64,000 bases of DNA from Octopus vulgaris (GCA_951406725.2 OX597815.1:58094001-58158000); one strand, 5' to 3'. Shown: positions 27,026 to 40,420, counted from the first letter of the stretch. Numbers and translations: made by a program. The notes: generated by a model not told the origin, from the sequence alone.

Positions 27026-27539
27026 GCTCCTTTTCTCAAAGGAGTGTTTGATGGAAAATTAAACAGAAAATTTTGGAATATCTCAACTCTAAATCTATAA
27101 ACAAGAGTAAAACAGATAATGTGTATCGTGAAATTAACTAATGATAATCTTCCCAAACTAGGTTTCGATTCTTTATCATCACCTAGTTTTAATATTAATC
27201 TCGTTGTAATACCTTATTCTGAAAGGAAGGCTAATAGGAATTCTTTTGACCATGAGTACCAAATGCAAGTGAATAAATGCTTGTGTAATTGTAAAAATAA
27301 AATTGTTCACCCTTTAGAAAATATTAATTTCAATGATATTTTCTGTATCTATATATGTTACAGTTGTTGGCTTTATAAGGTGAATTCTGGCTGTGTATTC
27401 TCCTTACATTTACCAATGTCTGATTGTTGAATATAATTAACCAAATTCATTTAAAACTGAATGCTTTATTGATATCTGCTTGAATTTTTAAAATCCATTT
27501 TTGTCTTCTAATTATATATATATAGTGATGCTATATAAG

Positions 27540-29335
27540 TTGCCAACTTAAAAGGGAAGAATGCTACTGCTATTTAGCCCCAGGAAACATCGTTTCCAGA
27601 TGGCTATGTGATACAAGTGGAGAAAGTTGGTATAGAATGATTTTAAAAGGAATCTTGAGCAGGTGTAAAGTCTGATGGCCATTTCAAGAAAATATAGGTT
27701 TGTATGGGCAAGTTAATTCCAACCATAACAATCATCTATATTTCTCTCATCAGATTTAATCTAAAGGATTTATAAAAGAGTTATTTAAATCTTAAAGTTT
27801 TAAGCAACGTGAGAAATTTAAGAATTTTAAAAAATCAAATGCTATGTTGGAACATACTGTTTTAGCAGATGATATAAGAGCTAAAATTACATATTTAAAT
27901 AAATTATGAAGCTATTAGATAATAGTGTTTTAAGAAGAATCCAAATACATAAAGGGTAACTCGGTTAAAATCATATAAACTAATTATTTTTGGAAAAAAG
28001 TTTAATGTTGATAAATATTTATGTCTACAAAGAATAATGACATCTGAGATCTTGTTATGTAAAATTTTGTTTTGTCAGCACAGATTATACAGATCACTTC
28101 TTTTGTGCATAATTTACTGTTTCTGCTGTGTATACTGTATGGTGTGGTTTCTGTTATAATAGACCAATCTAGACTGAATTCTTTATTGTGTGCCCTATAT
28201 CTTGTCTTAAAATCAGTTGTATTTCCTATGAATATCTTTTTTGATTCACTAAGGGTTGAGATCTCAGCTTTATATATAGCATTTCTCCTTAAACAGAATC
28301 CCTTTAAGGGACATAATTCCTGGTTACGGCAATTACATGTTTTATTTCTATGCTTTGCCTTTAAATTTTTAATATCAAGGTTCTTATTGTTCTTCATATT
28401 AAGGTCAGCTATATTGTCATCTCTATCAATACTATTATTTCTAAGTTTAAATCCATTGTTGGCTACAATTATTGATCTAAGGTTGGTCATAGTTGAGTAC
28501 AATAATTTAAGGCAGGACCTATTAAAGATGGAATGATATTTATGGCCTAATGGGAAATCCCTGTCAATAATCCTAAAAAAATAATTTAGGGAGGTTTCTG
28601 ACTTGGAGGGAAAAGGAGGGGTGAACCTGATAATTTCTTGTTTCCTCACCAAGTTGTTTCTACTCTGCCCAGTATAGTTATTATAATTAAATAAATTATA
28701 GTATCTTCTATTATGGTGTTGGTTCTTATGCTTGGTTGGGTGGGGGTTCATGGGAGGTGTGTTGATGTTTACTTTCACAATATTTGGAAAATGTTTATCT
28801 AATTTATTTTTAAATATTACATTCTTAATATATCTCCCTACTGAATCCATTGTCCTTCAATGCTGTAGGTACAAAGTTATAAAAAAATATTTTTGTTTGC
28901 AGATAAGTTAGAGATTCTTATCAACACACCTTTGACTATCCCATTAATAACACTTTGGGGATGATTTGATAAGGTGTGGATATACTTAATGGTTTTATTA
29001 GGCTTATGGTAAAGGTAAAATAAGCCATTATCTAAATTTAATGTTACATCCAAAATGTTAACACATTTAGTGACATTTTCAAATATAATATCTAAGTTAT
29101 ATAACTTTAAAAATTTTATCAATTTTTACCCTGTCAGTTGCTTGTGCAGAGGAGCTAGAAATAGTGAATAATGCATCATCTCTATAAAAACCTTAGGGAA
29201 TTCTTCCTTAATTTTTGAAATTAAGACTAGGCCAACAATATCAGTGATCTGGGCAGAGTCTGAGCTTTCCATTATAACATCAAAATCATCTTGAAAGTTA
29301 CATTGGGTCCATGTTCTATTTCTGAAAGGTATCTG
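27540..29335 (-). mobile_element. Penelope-like element (Naiad-like): RT C-half, GIY-YIG and 3' terminus
   Basis: SDSAQITDIVG, FYRDD, ILDVTL, YHKPN..YIHTLSNHP, TCNCRNQELCPL..AIYKA..FIG..FKTRY. Confidence 0.85.
27668..27757 (-). ncRNA. Hammerhead ribozyme motif in PLE 3' terminus
   Basis: CTGATGA-GAGAAATATAG..CTATATTTTCTT-GAA-ATGGCCAT-C; stem I is degenerate. Confidence 0.65.
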
Positions 29336-30026
29336 CTATGAATTAAATTTGATAACTTTACTTTGCTTTTGCTTTATTTTGGTGTTTAGTTAAATCAAAT
29401 TTGTTATGACTAACATTTTTTGTGATATTTTTATGTGAACTGGACAAATTATATAATATTTTTCAGAGTATCAGAGTACCTTTCATATGTTTTGTGCAGT
29501 GTCACATTTGGAGCACTGCCATGAGGGATTATGGCCAACAATATAAGCTCAGATTACAGTTTGAGTTTGTATAGTTTCACAATTTCATATTTACAAATGT
29601 AGCATTCATTTTCAATTTAAACCAGTGTCTATAGAACAATGTTTTCAGAGAACTTTGCTTCAAAACATGCTGAGTACAAAAAAGCAGACTTGCATGTCAT
29701 GACCAGAATGCAACGTATTTGTCAAATTTTGTTGTGAACTGTAACCTCTGCTCTCTTCTATTCACATGTATACTTCCAACATACAGGCTTTGTTCTTTAT
29801 GGAGAGTTTAGGTATTTCATCCTTCACATGTCATGTATGGAACTTATGGAATGGCCCAATAACCTTTGCCAACTACTTGAATATTGCTTTCATATTTAAT
29901 ACTTTAAAATATGGATTGTTTTTAAAAAAACCCTGAAAAACAATGTTTTTTAAATTTTAAAACATTAGTATTATTTATTAAGTTATTTTTATTTAAATAT
30001 TTTCTTCTTTAACTTCCTTTCCACAG

Positions 30027-30111
30027 GCTCACCAACTTGGACGGCAGGCTGATGTTTATGTAAAATCTGGTAAATTTGAAGAGGCTTTGCACTGTCATAA
30101 ACGCGCAGCAG
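30027..30111 (+). CDS. NRBF2: Internal coding exon of nuclear receptor-binding factor 2 (MIT domain; Atg38-like)
   Basis: Polypyrimidine tract and CAG acceptor, GTAGTT donor; 85 nt, phase 0 to 1; AHQLGRQADVYVKSGKFEEALHCHKRAA closely matches human NRBF2 AHQQSRRADRLLAAGKYEEAISCHKKAA (recalled from memory). Confidence 0.9.
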
Positions 30112-31264
30112 GTAGTTTTAAAATTAATGAATTTCTATTTTATTTTATTAATTTTTTAAAAACTTTTAATAAATGATTCATATTTCAGAGAAAAATACAT
30201 ATTAGGTTAAAGTTCAGAACCTGAGGAAATAGTGATGGTCTGTTCCAGCATTATTTAGTCCATAGTTTGATGAGTTCAGCTGCCATGAGGGGTGTAGAAT
30301 TCTTTCTTTTGAGCCTTGCCCTACATCTGAGTATAAAAGAGAGAGAGAGTTGGTGTTATTTTGGTTGTGAGATTAAATAAATGGAAGAAATTGAAGTTGA
30401 AAGAGTAGTTATGGTAGTTGTGGTGTGGTACAATACTGAGAAGGTAGAGAGAAAGAGAAAACAAGAGAGAAAAAGAAAGAGAAAGCTGAGGTGAGAAGAT
30501 TAGGAGACTGGGGTATGAAGTGGCCAAAAGGGGAGAAAGGTAAGAATTAGAGAAGGAAAGTAGAAAGAGCCAATTCTTTAAACAAGGCAAAAATAAAATG
30601 AGTTCTAGTAAAGATGAGGTGGAGCCTAAGTATCAGGAGTCAAATGCAACCATACAAACACATGTAAAAACTTCCTTTTTCCTAAGTATGTTAATCAAAT
30701 CAGGTTTTTGAAATTATCTCCCCTACTTACCCAGTTTTTTTGTTTACAGTGCTCAGTACATCTCTAACTGAATTGGCTTAATTCATAGATTGGTTCTTTC
30801 AGTTATTTTTCTCTTCACCAAGTTTATTTTATATATCAATATGTATACTTACCTAGCTACTTATCTACATACCTATCAACAGTGACTTAATAGGTCAAGT
30901 GTTCTGTGCAAGGCTGACTTCAAATTTGAGAGCTTGTTTCCTATATAGTGTGAATTGCGATTTACTATGGAAGGTTTCATTCAGAATTAATATTGGAGAA
31001 GTAATTGTGAAAATTGTGTATTTCAAATAATCTGCCAATAAAACAGAGGGTAGGCTTGAGTGAAAATGAAATGAAAATAAAAACAAAAACGCTTTCACAC
31101 ACACACACTCACATACATACATATACACCACAGGACAGTAAAGTTTATCCAAGCATATACTTGCACATATTTATATATTAACATATAAATATTATGTCAG
31201 TAGAAATACAATTACATATACATATTTTCCAATGAACAGACACAGTTGGACATGCATCATTATA

Positions 31265-31790
31265 CTAGGTGTTTTATGAAAGTTCTCAGACTTTTTCAGA
31301 AGAGACGTTTATTAATTTTAAAGAAATATAAAACTCTAATCTTCAAGTTATGATTCTGATGTCAGTGTACCTGTTGTAGCACACCAGCCACTTTGTAAAG
31401 GTACCATGGAAATCCTCCAAAATGAAAGTGACCAATACCCTTGTCACAGCCTCTTTCATCTTCAAACAACTGCCGTTAAGGTTCTCTTTCAGCTTGGAGA
31501 ACAACCAAAACTCACAAAGAGCAAGGTCTGGAATGTAGTGATGTGAAGGAGAATTTTGATGTCCATCCCTGTCATGTAGTTGGATGCTTGTCACTGAGCA
31601 CCCTAGGAAAAGACTTAGTACAAATTTTGCCTATATTCAGATCTTCATGAATAATTCTGTGTACAAAAGACCATCATGTGTCCATAAAGATAATTAAGCA
31701 CACTAACTCCAAACTGTAGACACACAACAGTCTTCATCCAGAAAATTGTGAACATCCTCAACCAGCTCTTTTCTCCTTTTGACACTTCTC
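31265..31790 (-). mobile_element. Decayed mariner remnant
   Basis: HHYIPDLALCEFWLFSKLK (YSPDLAP-like motif). Confidence 0.65.
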
Positions 31791-31989
31791 ATTGTCTTAT
31801 TGTGTGTGTGTGTCTGTGTTTGCCCACCACCATTACTTGAAAACTGGTGTTGATTTGTTTACTTCCCCATAACTTAACAGTTCACCAAAAGAGACAATAG
31901 AAAAATAATAAGTTCTAAAATTCCTCAAGGTGGTGCCTCAACATGGCCACAATCTAAACACTGAAATAGATAAAAGATATATACATATC

Positions 31990-32460
31990 TCTTGGGGAAG
32001 AGACTGCTGTTTCCCCAGATTGTTCATACAACCCTGAAACCAGATGTGGTTCTGTGGTCTAAAAAGACCAACAAAATGATCTTGCTTGAGCTTGCAGTCC
32101 TGTGAGAAGAAGGGTGTGATCAAACCCATGAATTGAAGCATGCCAAGTATGAGATCCTTCTGCAGGATTTCAGGGAGAAGGGATGGCAGTTATGGCTTTT
32201 CCCATTTGCACTTGGCTGTCGGGGTTTCCCTGCATAGTTAGTATGGAGTATGCTTGCAACCATTGGAATGAGTGGAAAGAAGTGAAGGGTGGCTGTGTGC
32301 AAGATGGGAGAGGCAGCTGAAAAATCCTCTTGTTGGTTATAGAGCAAGAGAGATGAGAAGCAGTGGTTTGGCCACCTCTGCTGACCCATCAGTGGGAGGG
32401 TGTTATGATTAAGGGCTAATGATAATTGGATACCGCCTGATTACATCAGTTCCTTCTGTC
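31990..32460 (+). mobile_element. Hero-like non-LTR retrotransposon 3' fragment (REL endonuclease)
   Basis: Unlisted frame reads TTLKPDVVLWS..ILLELAV..EE..HELKHAKY..GW..P..LGCRGF..AEKSSCWL. Confidence 0.75.
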
Positions 32461-32977
32461 CCATTCACGTTGGTGAGTGGAAACATGCATCTTCTTCTAG
32501 GTGTTATCAACATAAATATATATGTATATTTTGGGAATTTGTTGCAATTGTTTCATATCCCAATGATAATCATATTTGTCACAAAAAAATTGTGTAAAAA
32601 AAATTGCCGAAAACAATTGCAGTAATGAAAGCATAGAAATCCAAAATTTCAGGATTGCAGGTCTGGATTCAGCCCAGAATGTTTTTAATTTACTCACCAA
32701 GTTAACCTTTAGATTATAAAAATTGTTATTGTACAAAAAATTATGTTGCAAAAAGTCATGTTAAAAAATCGCCGTAAACAATCACAGTAATGAAAACTTG
32801 AGAATTCAAAATTTCAGGATTATGGATCCAAGTTCGGCATGGAATGTTTTTAATTTACTCATGGAGTCAGCCTGATCCTAAAATGGTATGATATGTTGGA
32901 CTATGGCCTCTAGGAGTAAAGTTGAAAAAGTGTGACACACTGACATTCACATTTATTATATTATATCATATTATACT

Positions 32978-33197
32978 AAGATGGTGAGCTGGCAGAATCG
33001 TTGACATGCCAGGCAAAATACTTGGCGGTATTTTGTCTGCTATTAGGTTTTGAGTTGGAATTCCACTGAGGTTGACTTTACCTTTCATCCATTTGGGGTC
33101 AATAAAATTAGCACCAGTTATATACTGGGGTCAATGTAATCGACTTAATCCTTTCCCCCAAAATTCAAGGTTTTTGTGCTTCTAGTAGAAAGGATTT
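32978..33197 (+). mobile_element. SINE of a family typical of octopus
   Basis: gagctggcagaatcgtt..gaggttgactttacctttcatcc..ggggtcaata; flanked by a repeat of about 40 bp (gttgaaaaagtgtga..cactgacattcacatt). Confidence 0.7.
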
Positions 33198-33252
33198 TTT
33201 AAAGTTGAAAAAGTGTGATGCACTGACATTCACATTCCTTATATTAGATATC

Positions 33253-34130
33253 TGTGAGTGTAGTGGGTGCTTTTTACGTGCCACCAGCACAGGTGCCGGG
33301 GGAGGCTGGCAGCAGCCACGATCGGTTGGTGCTTTTTGTGTGCATCGGCAAGGAAGCCAGTCAAGGCGTCGCTGGCATCGGCCACGTTCAGATGGTGCTC
33401 TTTACGTGCCACCAGCACAGGTATCACAACTGCAATTTTCATTTGATTTTTTTTATGTTGATGTACTTGAGTCAATAGGTCTCCTCAAGCACAGCAGTTC
33501 ACCCTAGGATCCAAGGTAAGCACAACAGGCCGTCCTGCGATCCAAGATACTTTGGATGAGCTGGGGCTTCTCTGTGAAGCTAGTGCAGGAAACAGCCATG
33601 AACTCACATTATTTGTCGGATCTTCGCAGTCACAGCATATCTTCAGAGGTCTCAGTCTTTCGTCATTGCCTCTGTGAGGCCTAACGTTCGAAGTCATGCT
33701 CGACTACCTCATCCCATGTCTTCCTGGGTCTACCTCTACCCCAGATTCCTTCAACTGTTTGGGAGTGGCACTTCTTCACACATCTCTCCTCATTCATCCA
33801 TAGTACATGACCATACCAGCGCAAACGTCTCTCTTGCACACCACATCCAATGCTTCTTTCAGCATTTCTCTCAGAGCGATTACACTCCGTCGTGTGTGCA
33901 CACTGACATTACACATCCAGCAGCTCATGCTAGCTTCATTTCTTTCAAGCCTATGCCTGTCCTCTGCAGTCAATGCCCATGTTTCACTGTCGTGAAGCAT
34001 AGCAGTTCACACACATGCGTCGTACAATCTACCTTTCACTCTGAGCAAGAGACCCATTGTCACCAGTAAGGGTAGAAGCTTTCTAAACTTTGCCCAGGCT
34101 ATTCGTATTCTAGTGGTGACACTCTCTGAG
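33253..34130 (-). mobile_element. RTE LINE C-terminus and 3' UTR
   Basis: AWAKFRKL..KGRLY..SETWAL..LERNEASM..GRGRPRKTW. Confidence 0.85.
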
Positions 34131-34134
34131 CAAA

Positions 34135-34984
34135 CAATACCATGAGCCTCAGATAAAGGTGAACGGACAGATCCTACGAGCGGTGGAAAACTTCACCTAC
34201 CTGGGCAGCACTCTCTCCTGCAATGCCAACATAGATGCTGAAATCATCAACAGAATCTCCAAGGCAAGCAGCGCGTTTGGGAAACTGCGAAAGAAAGTCT
34301 GGGAGCGGAGAGGAATCAGCCTCAACACCAAGCTGAAAGTCTACCGGGCAGTCGTGCTTACCACCCTACTATACAGCTGCGAGACGTGGACTGCTTACCG
34401 AAGGCACGAGCGCCAGATAAACCACTTCCACCTCAGGTGTCTTCGGAACCTCCTTCACATCCGCTGGCAGGACAAAGTCCCAGACACGGAAGTTCTGAAG
34501 CAGGCAGATCTCCCTAGCACCATCACGATCATGCGCAAGGCCCACTGAGATGGGCGGGTCACATCTCCCGCATGTCCGACACTCGCATCCCAAAACAGCT
34601 CTTCTACGGTGAACTCAGCCAGGGCAAACGCAAAGTCGGAGGGCAGAAGAAGTGCTTCAAGGACAGTCTCAAGGTCTCTCTCAAAGACTTCTCCATCGGC
34701 ACAGAGACTTGGGAGACACTTGCTGCCGACCGCTCATCTTGGCGCAGTGCAATCACCACAGGAGCAGGGACAGCCGAGGAGGGACAGATTCGGTCAGCAG
34801 AGCAGAAACGCCAGATGTGGAAAGCCAGAGCCGCCTGCACCAGTAGCACAGCCCCTACCCACTTCTGCTCCACCTGTGGGAGGGGCTTCCTTGCCCGGAT
34901 TGGCCTCACCAGCCACCTCCGGTCTCATAGCGGCAGTTCCACCAGATGATGTCAGTGGCCATCTTCGAACCCGAAGGACGAACA
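34135..34984 (+). mobile_element. RTE-BovB-like LINE 3' fragment, CpG-rich
   Basis: FTYLGS, RISKASSAFGKL, TKLKVYRAVVLTTLLYSCETW, C2H2 finger CSTCGRGF..GLTSHLRSH; (TTA)n tail. Confidence 0.9.
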
Positions 34985-35551
34985 TTATTATTATTATTAT
35001 CATTATATATATGTATATGTGTATATATATATTATGTATATGCATATATGTATATATATATATATATATGTGTGTGTATATATATATATAATGTATATAT
35101 GTATATATATGTGTATATATATATGTATTATATATATTATGTATATATATATGTATATGTATGTATATATATGATGGACCGTGAAGTCTGGCGTAACATA
35201 GTAAATTCCATTGTCTCGACCACGGTCGAACAATAATAATAATAAATATATATATATATATATATATATGTTATATTAAATTAGAGATAAAACCACTATT
35301 AGGCAAATCAAACAGTGAAAAACATAAGCCAATACATAAAATTAATTTAAAATATAAAAGTTAAAAATAAAAAATTATTTAAATAATTTAAACTTATAAA
35401 TTTTATATATATATATGTATGTATGTATGTATATTTTTATATTTATATATTATTTTATTAATTAATTAATTTATTTATTTATTTATTTATTTTTAAAAAT
35501 TTTATTTTATATATCAAAAGTATTAAAAGTTTAATAAAAGATAAAGAGTAA

Positions 35552-35648
35552 AACACTACGATCGTTTCATGGCTGTACCAATTCGAATAACAATAATTTA
35601 AATCCAATTAATAATTCGAGTTATGGTTACAGTCAATCTTCAGGTTAA
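35552..35648 (-). ncRNA. Hammerhead ribozyme motif
   Basis: CTGAAGA-TTGACTGTAACCA..TGGTACAGCCAT-GAA-ACGATCGT-A (GUA cleavage site). Confidence 0.65.
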
Positions 35649-37304
35649 TTGAAATATTTTTTAAATAATCAGAAATATTTAAACAATATTTTTAAGATAT
35701 AAATAATATAATAATTTTACTTATAATAAACTCTATTATCAAACTAGAAACTTAAAACTTAACAATTATGATTATATCAAAATCAATTATAATGTTAAAT
35801 ATTAATTTTAATTTATAAGGTAGGAAACCCACCAATAATTTAATATCGGCAATTTAATATCTAATTACATAAATATAAAAAAAAAAAATAAATAACTATT
35901 ATATATAAATTATCAATGAAAATATATAAATGTATATAAATATTATAATTAAGATCTAAAATAATCTCTATAAATAAATATATATGCACATATAATAAAA
36001 ACCTAATAAATTAATTTTTCATATTTAAAGATGAAATAGCTAATTTCAAAATTCAAACAAACAAACTTAAATGAACTTTCGGAAATCTTATGTAAAATAC
36101 TTATAGAAATAATCAATTCGTAGTTATATAGTATCGAATAAATACTATAAATATAATTATCAATGGGAATAACTAGCGAATATCAATTTTAAAAGACAAT
36201 AACTAAGTTATGCTATTAAGTTAGACATGGCTTGGACCAATCTTTAGTCGAAACATATCTAAGTTTATCAAAGTTTATCTAATTTTAATTATAAGAAATT
36301 TAAAACTACAATTAATACTATTAATACATGTATATACAAAAGCCTAACTTTAGACACCTCGTATATTTGCTATCAAACATAAATCTATCGCTAAGTAGTA
36401 TCTTACGAATAAACTTTAATTTAATATCTAATAATATAGAAAATTACGATAATTAGATCATTACATAAACAACAATATTTACATAAGGAAAATATTATTA
36501 CACCAAAGACTTATAAAATATTAAAATTTACAATTTAAAAATCTTAAATATAAATAAATACTTATCTTAGCGAGGTTTTGTAATGAATGTAAATTTTAAT
36601 ATTTTATAAGTCTTTGGTGTAATAATATTTTCCTTATGTAAATATTGTTGTTTATGTAATGATCTAATTATCGTAATTTTCTATATTATTAGATATTAAC
36701 CCTATTTTATGTTACTAATTGTTGTAGTTATAATTTGTAGTAGTAAAATGTGTATAAATTAGCACAAGATTATATAGTGTATATTGCATAATTAGAATAA
36801 GATTAAACTAAGATGTTTATAAAATAAGATTAAACTAAGATGTTTATAAAATAAATTAATTGATTAATGAAAATAGATTAAATTATACAAATTTAGCTTA
36901 AATTATGTATATGTATTTTACGTATTTTAGTTTTAAATTATTTATACTTTAAAATTCTCCAGTAAATGGTATATTACAGTTAATTTTTTTCTTATTCTCA
37001 TGGCTAAAATACATTTTGTCATTTTAACAACTTAAATACATATTTCTGTCTATTTATTCTATAATTTTTATTTACGCCATATTCTCATGCGATATATTTC
37101 TTATAAACGCTAAGTTCTACGTATTACATTTAAAATTTTCGTTAACAGAAATTCTTTGATAAGTTATGGTTTTATTTTAAGTAATATTGTTAAATGTTTG
37201 TTGATTATTTATTGTTAAAACATGTATTTTTTCTATATTTATTTGATAATTATTATAAGTTAAGATATGTACATTTATTTTATTATTATTTTTATTACTA
37301 TTTT

Positions 37305-37432
37305 AGACCCGATGAGTGACTATATTTTGAAATAGAATTAATCTTAGATCGATTTAATTTTAAATCAAATTGATTTTATTATTATTATCTATTATTATCT
37401 ATTTGAAAATATAGCCATGAAATGCGCATAAT
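37305..37432 (+). ncRNA. Degenerate hammerhead motif with long stem II
   Basis: CCGATGA-GTGACTATATTTTGAAATAG..CTATTTGAAAATATAGCCAT-GAA-ATGCGCAT-A; U4 replaced by C. Confidence 0.55.
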
Positions 37433-37719
37433 CAATGTACTACTATTTACTATTTATTGTTTATGTACTTTATTGATTTTTAGAATAAGGTTTTTATAGT
37501 ATATTTATTTTTTCTATATGATGTGAATAACGTCTTTCACTATTGAATTGCTAAATAGAGGTTTTTCTCTCAATTATATAGATATATTATATATTGTGAA
37601 ATTTGATTTAGAATTGCTAAATTGAATTTTTCCCTGTAAGTTTGGAATTATATTCCCTACTATTATTATATATATGTGTGTGTGTATATATATATGTATG
37701 TATGTATGTATATGTGCTA

Positions 37720-39365
37720 GTAGATATACTACTAGCCATAGATGAGGTGGATGCAAAGTCAACTGCCGGTCCTGATGGTTTCCCAGCAATCCTCAAATTG
37801 TGTAAGCATGCCTTGGTGAAACCTATACAAATTCTCTTCCAGAGCCTTCTTGCACATGGCAGGCTGCCAAGCAAACTGAAGGAGGGAATAATATGCCCAA
37901 TCCATAAAGGAGGAAGCAGAGCAGATGCCAAAAACTATTGGCCTATCTCTCTGACTTCACACATCAGCAAAGTCATGGAACAGATAGTCAGAGGGAAACT
38001 AATCGCATTCCTTGAAGAAAATAACTTGCTGAGTGATACCCAGCATGGCTTTCTACCAGGTAGGAGCTGCCTCACCCAGCTCTTATAGCACTATGACTGA
38101 GTGTTGAGGCAGTTACTCAACAACTCAAATGTAGACGTAATATACCTTGACTTTGCAAAAGCTTTTAACAAAGTGGATCATGGTATGATATACCACAAAC
38201 TCTGTGATCTTGGCATAGCTGGAAACCTTGGAGAGTGGTTACCTGACTTCCTGAAAGATAGAAGTCAGGCAGTCGTGGCCAATGGAGCCACCTCTATGAA
38301 CACTTACATAGTGAGCGGTGTTCCACAGAGCACTGTCTTGGGGCCACTGCTTTTTATAGTGGCCCTCTCAGATATGCCCTCAGCTGCCTGGATAGCCATC
38401 CATGCTAGCTATGCGGACGATACGAATATCTTGCAGAAAATACGCAACCTCAGTGATGTTGCTCACTTGCACCAGGAGTTGGACACAATTTACAGATGCA
38501 GTTTAATGCTGAGAAATTCCAAGCCCTGTGTTACTAGTGTCCAAAACTGAATATTAAACTTACAGGGTACACTGGTCCACAGGGGATTACAATAACAGAG
38601 CCTAAATCAGTGAGGGACCTGGGTATCGACATGAGTAATAATACCTCTTTTCAAATGCACATTACTAGGATGGCCACAAAGTGCAGACAACTGGCTGGAT
38701 GGATCCTGAGAACATTCAGGACCAGCGAGAAAGAAACCATGATGATCCTCTGGAGGACATTCATCTTCAGCCGCTTGGATTACTGCTCCCCGCTATGGTC
38801 ACCCAACAGTGTAAAATTAACAGCGGACCTTGAAGCAATCCAGTGAAGCTTCACAAAGAAGATCGTCTCAGTGCAACAGCTCAGGTACTGGAAAAGGCTG
38901 AAATAGCTAAGACTTCACTCCCTGGAGCGAAGGCCAGAGAGGTAATATACATCGGGAAGATCCTGGAAGGAATTGTGCCAAATTTTGGCATTGACAGCTA
39001 CACCAGTGCCAGAATGGGTTGACATTGCACAGCGCCAAAGATCCCAGCAATGCCATCGTTCTTCAGGATCAGTTACTGAAACAGCTTGGGTTTCAGTGGC
39101 CCACAGCTTTTTAATATTCTCCCAAAGAGTCTGAGGGATCTACATGAAGTGAATGTAGGTGCTTTCAAATCAAAACTGGACCTCTTCCTGTCGAGAGTCC
39201 TAGATGAACCTATCTCACAGCATGCGATGCAAATGAGGGTAGCTACATCAAACTCCCTTATTCACCAAATGCTACATATTAGAGGTAGCTCTCAATAATA
39301 ACAGTATAGCAAAACAGCAGTGCCCCAGCATGGCCACAACCCTGAGCTGAAACTACAAAAAAAAA
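37720..39365 (+). mobile_element. CR1-group LINE, 5'-truncated
   Basis: RT motifs DFAKAF, GVPQSTVLGPLLF, YADDT; 3' tail and poly(A). Confidence 0.9.
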
Positions 39366-39599
39366 TATATGTATATATATATTGAGAAAAAAAATCATCA
39401 GAATTTTGGAAAAAAATCATTTTATTTCTTCATTATTATTAGTGCTTTCGTTCCTTTCTCGAATTTGTCGAATAAAATTTTGTGGATGTACAAACATCTT
39501 GTTCATTTATATAAAACGTTTTTTTTTGGGTTTTGTTTGGAAGGGAACATTGTTTTTGTTTTTTTAAGTGAGATTCCAAGACAATGGTGATGGATAGAT

Positions 39600-40160
39600 A
39601 GAGATGTAGGTAGGTAGGTAGACTGATAGATAGACAGAGTGTTTCTTTATTGACCTCACAAGGCTGAACACAGAGGAGACAAAATACAAAGTAGAGCTTT
39701 TCTTTTTGGGAAGAGAAGGTAAAAAAAAAGCAGGGTAGAAATTTGATCAAAAGGGATCGTAAAAAAAAAAAAAGCCCGATCATTATGGATCATGTATCAC
39801 AAAGGTCATAATGTAAAAAGGGGAAACAGATTAGGTTTATCTGTGGAAAGAAAAGCCTATGGAAAAGGCTACGGTAACCTTGGGCAATAATGAGAGGAAA
39901 GTGTTTGCCTTTAGACCTTTCAGACGTGTCCACCATGCACATTCTTTTGCCATAGCCACAAGTACGATGAAAATGGCTCTTCCTTCCCGTTTCAAGGAAG
40001 GAGTCACAACAATATTCACGATAGACTCGGTTGATAAGCTGACTTGTCCCACACACGATGGCAGTTGTTCAACATAGGCCCACAGGTCGGAAATGGTTGA
40101 CATTGTATGAGTGTGTGCAGAATGGTTTCATCACTCTGACTGCATCTCAGGTAAATCAGC
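39600..40160 (-). mobile_element. Tx1/L1-like LINE 3' fragment
   Basis: RCSQSDETILHTLIQC knuckle remnant followed by LWAYVE..AMAKECAWWTR. Confidence 0.6.
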
Positions 40161-40169
40161 CTCATGTAT

Positions 40170-40420
40170 ATATATACTTCCGGTTTCGTAGAAGGACGTG
40201 TTCTTTCACTCTGTGAAAAAAACAAAAAAAGGGTCTGCATAAATCGACGAAATAATCTACTAAAACTAACAAAAACATAGAACTTGTTATCTCATAATGA
40301 TCTACTAAAATATATTAATTAAAACCCATAATATATTTCGCTTCAAGCCAAATATAATACATTAAAGTTAGTTGCGCATGCGAGATTCTTCACCGAAAAA
40401 GCACGTGGTGGCAAATCTTT
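40170..40420. promoter_or_regulatory. CpG-retaining unique island with housekeeping-promoter motifs
   Basis: ACTTCCGG (ETS) at about 40176, GCGCATGCG (NRF1-like) at about 40374, CACGTG at about 40402. Confidence 0.35.

Larger units (their letters stand above)
35265..37665. mobile_element. Very AT-rich non-coding PLE-type composite with divergent hammerheads and central 112-bp inverted repeat
   Basis: Termini resemble 45800-45935; arms at 36421-36532 and 36588-36699; no ORF of 60 aa or more until the right edge. Confidence 0.6.
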
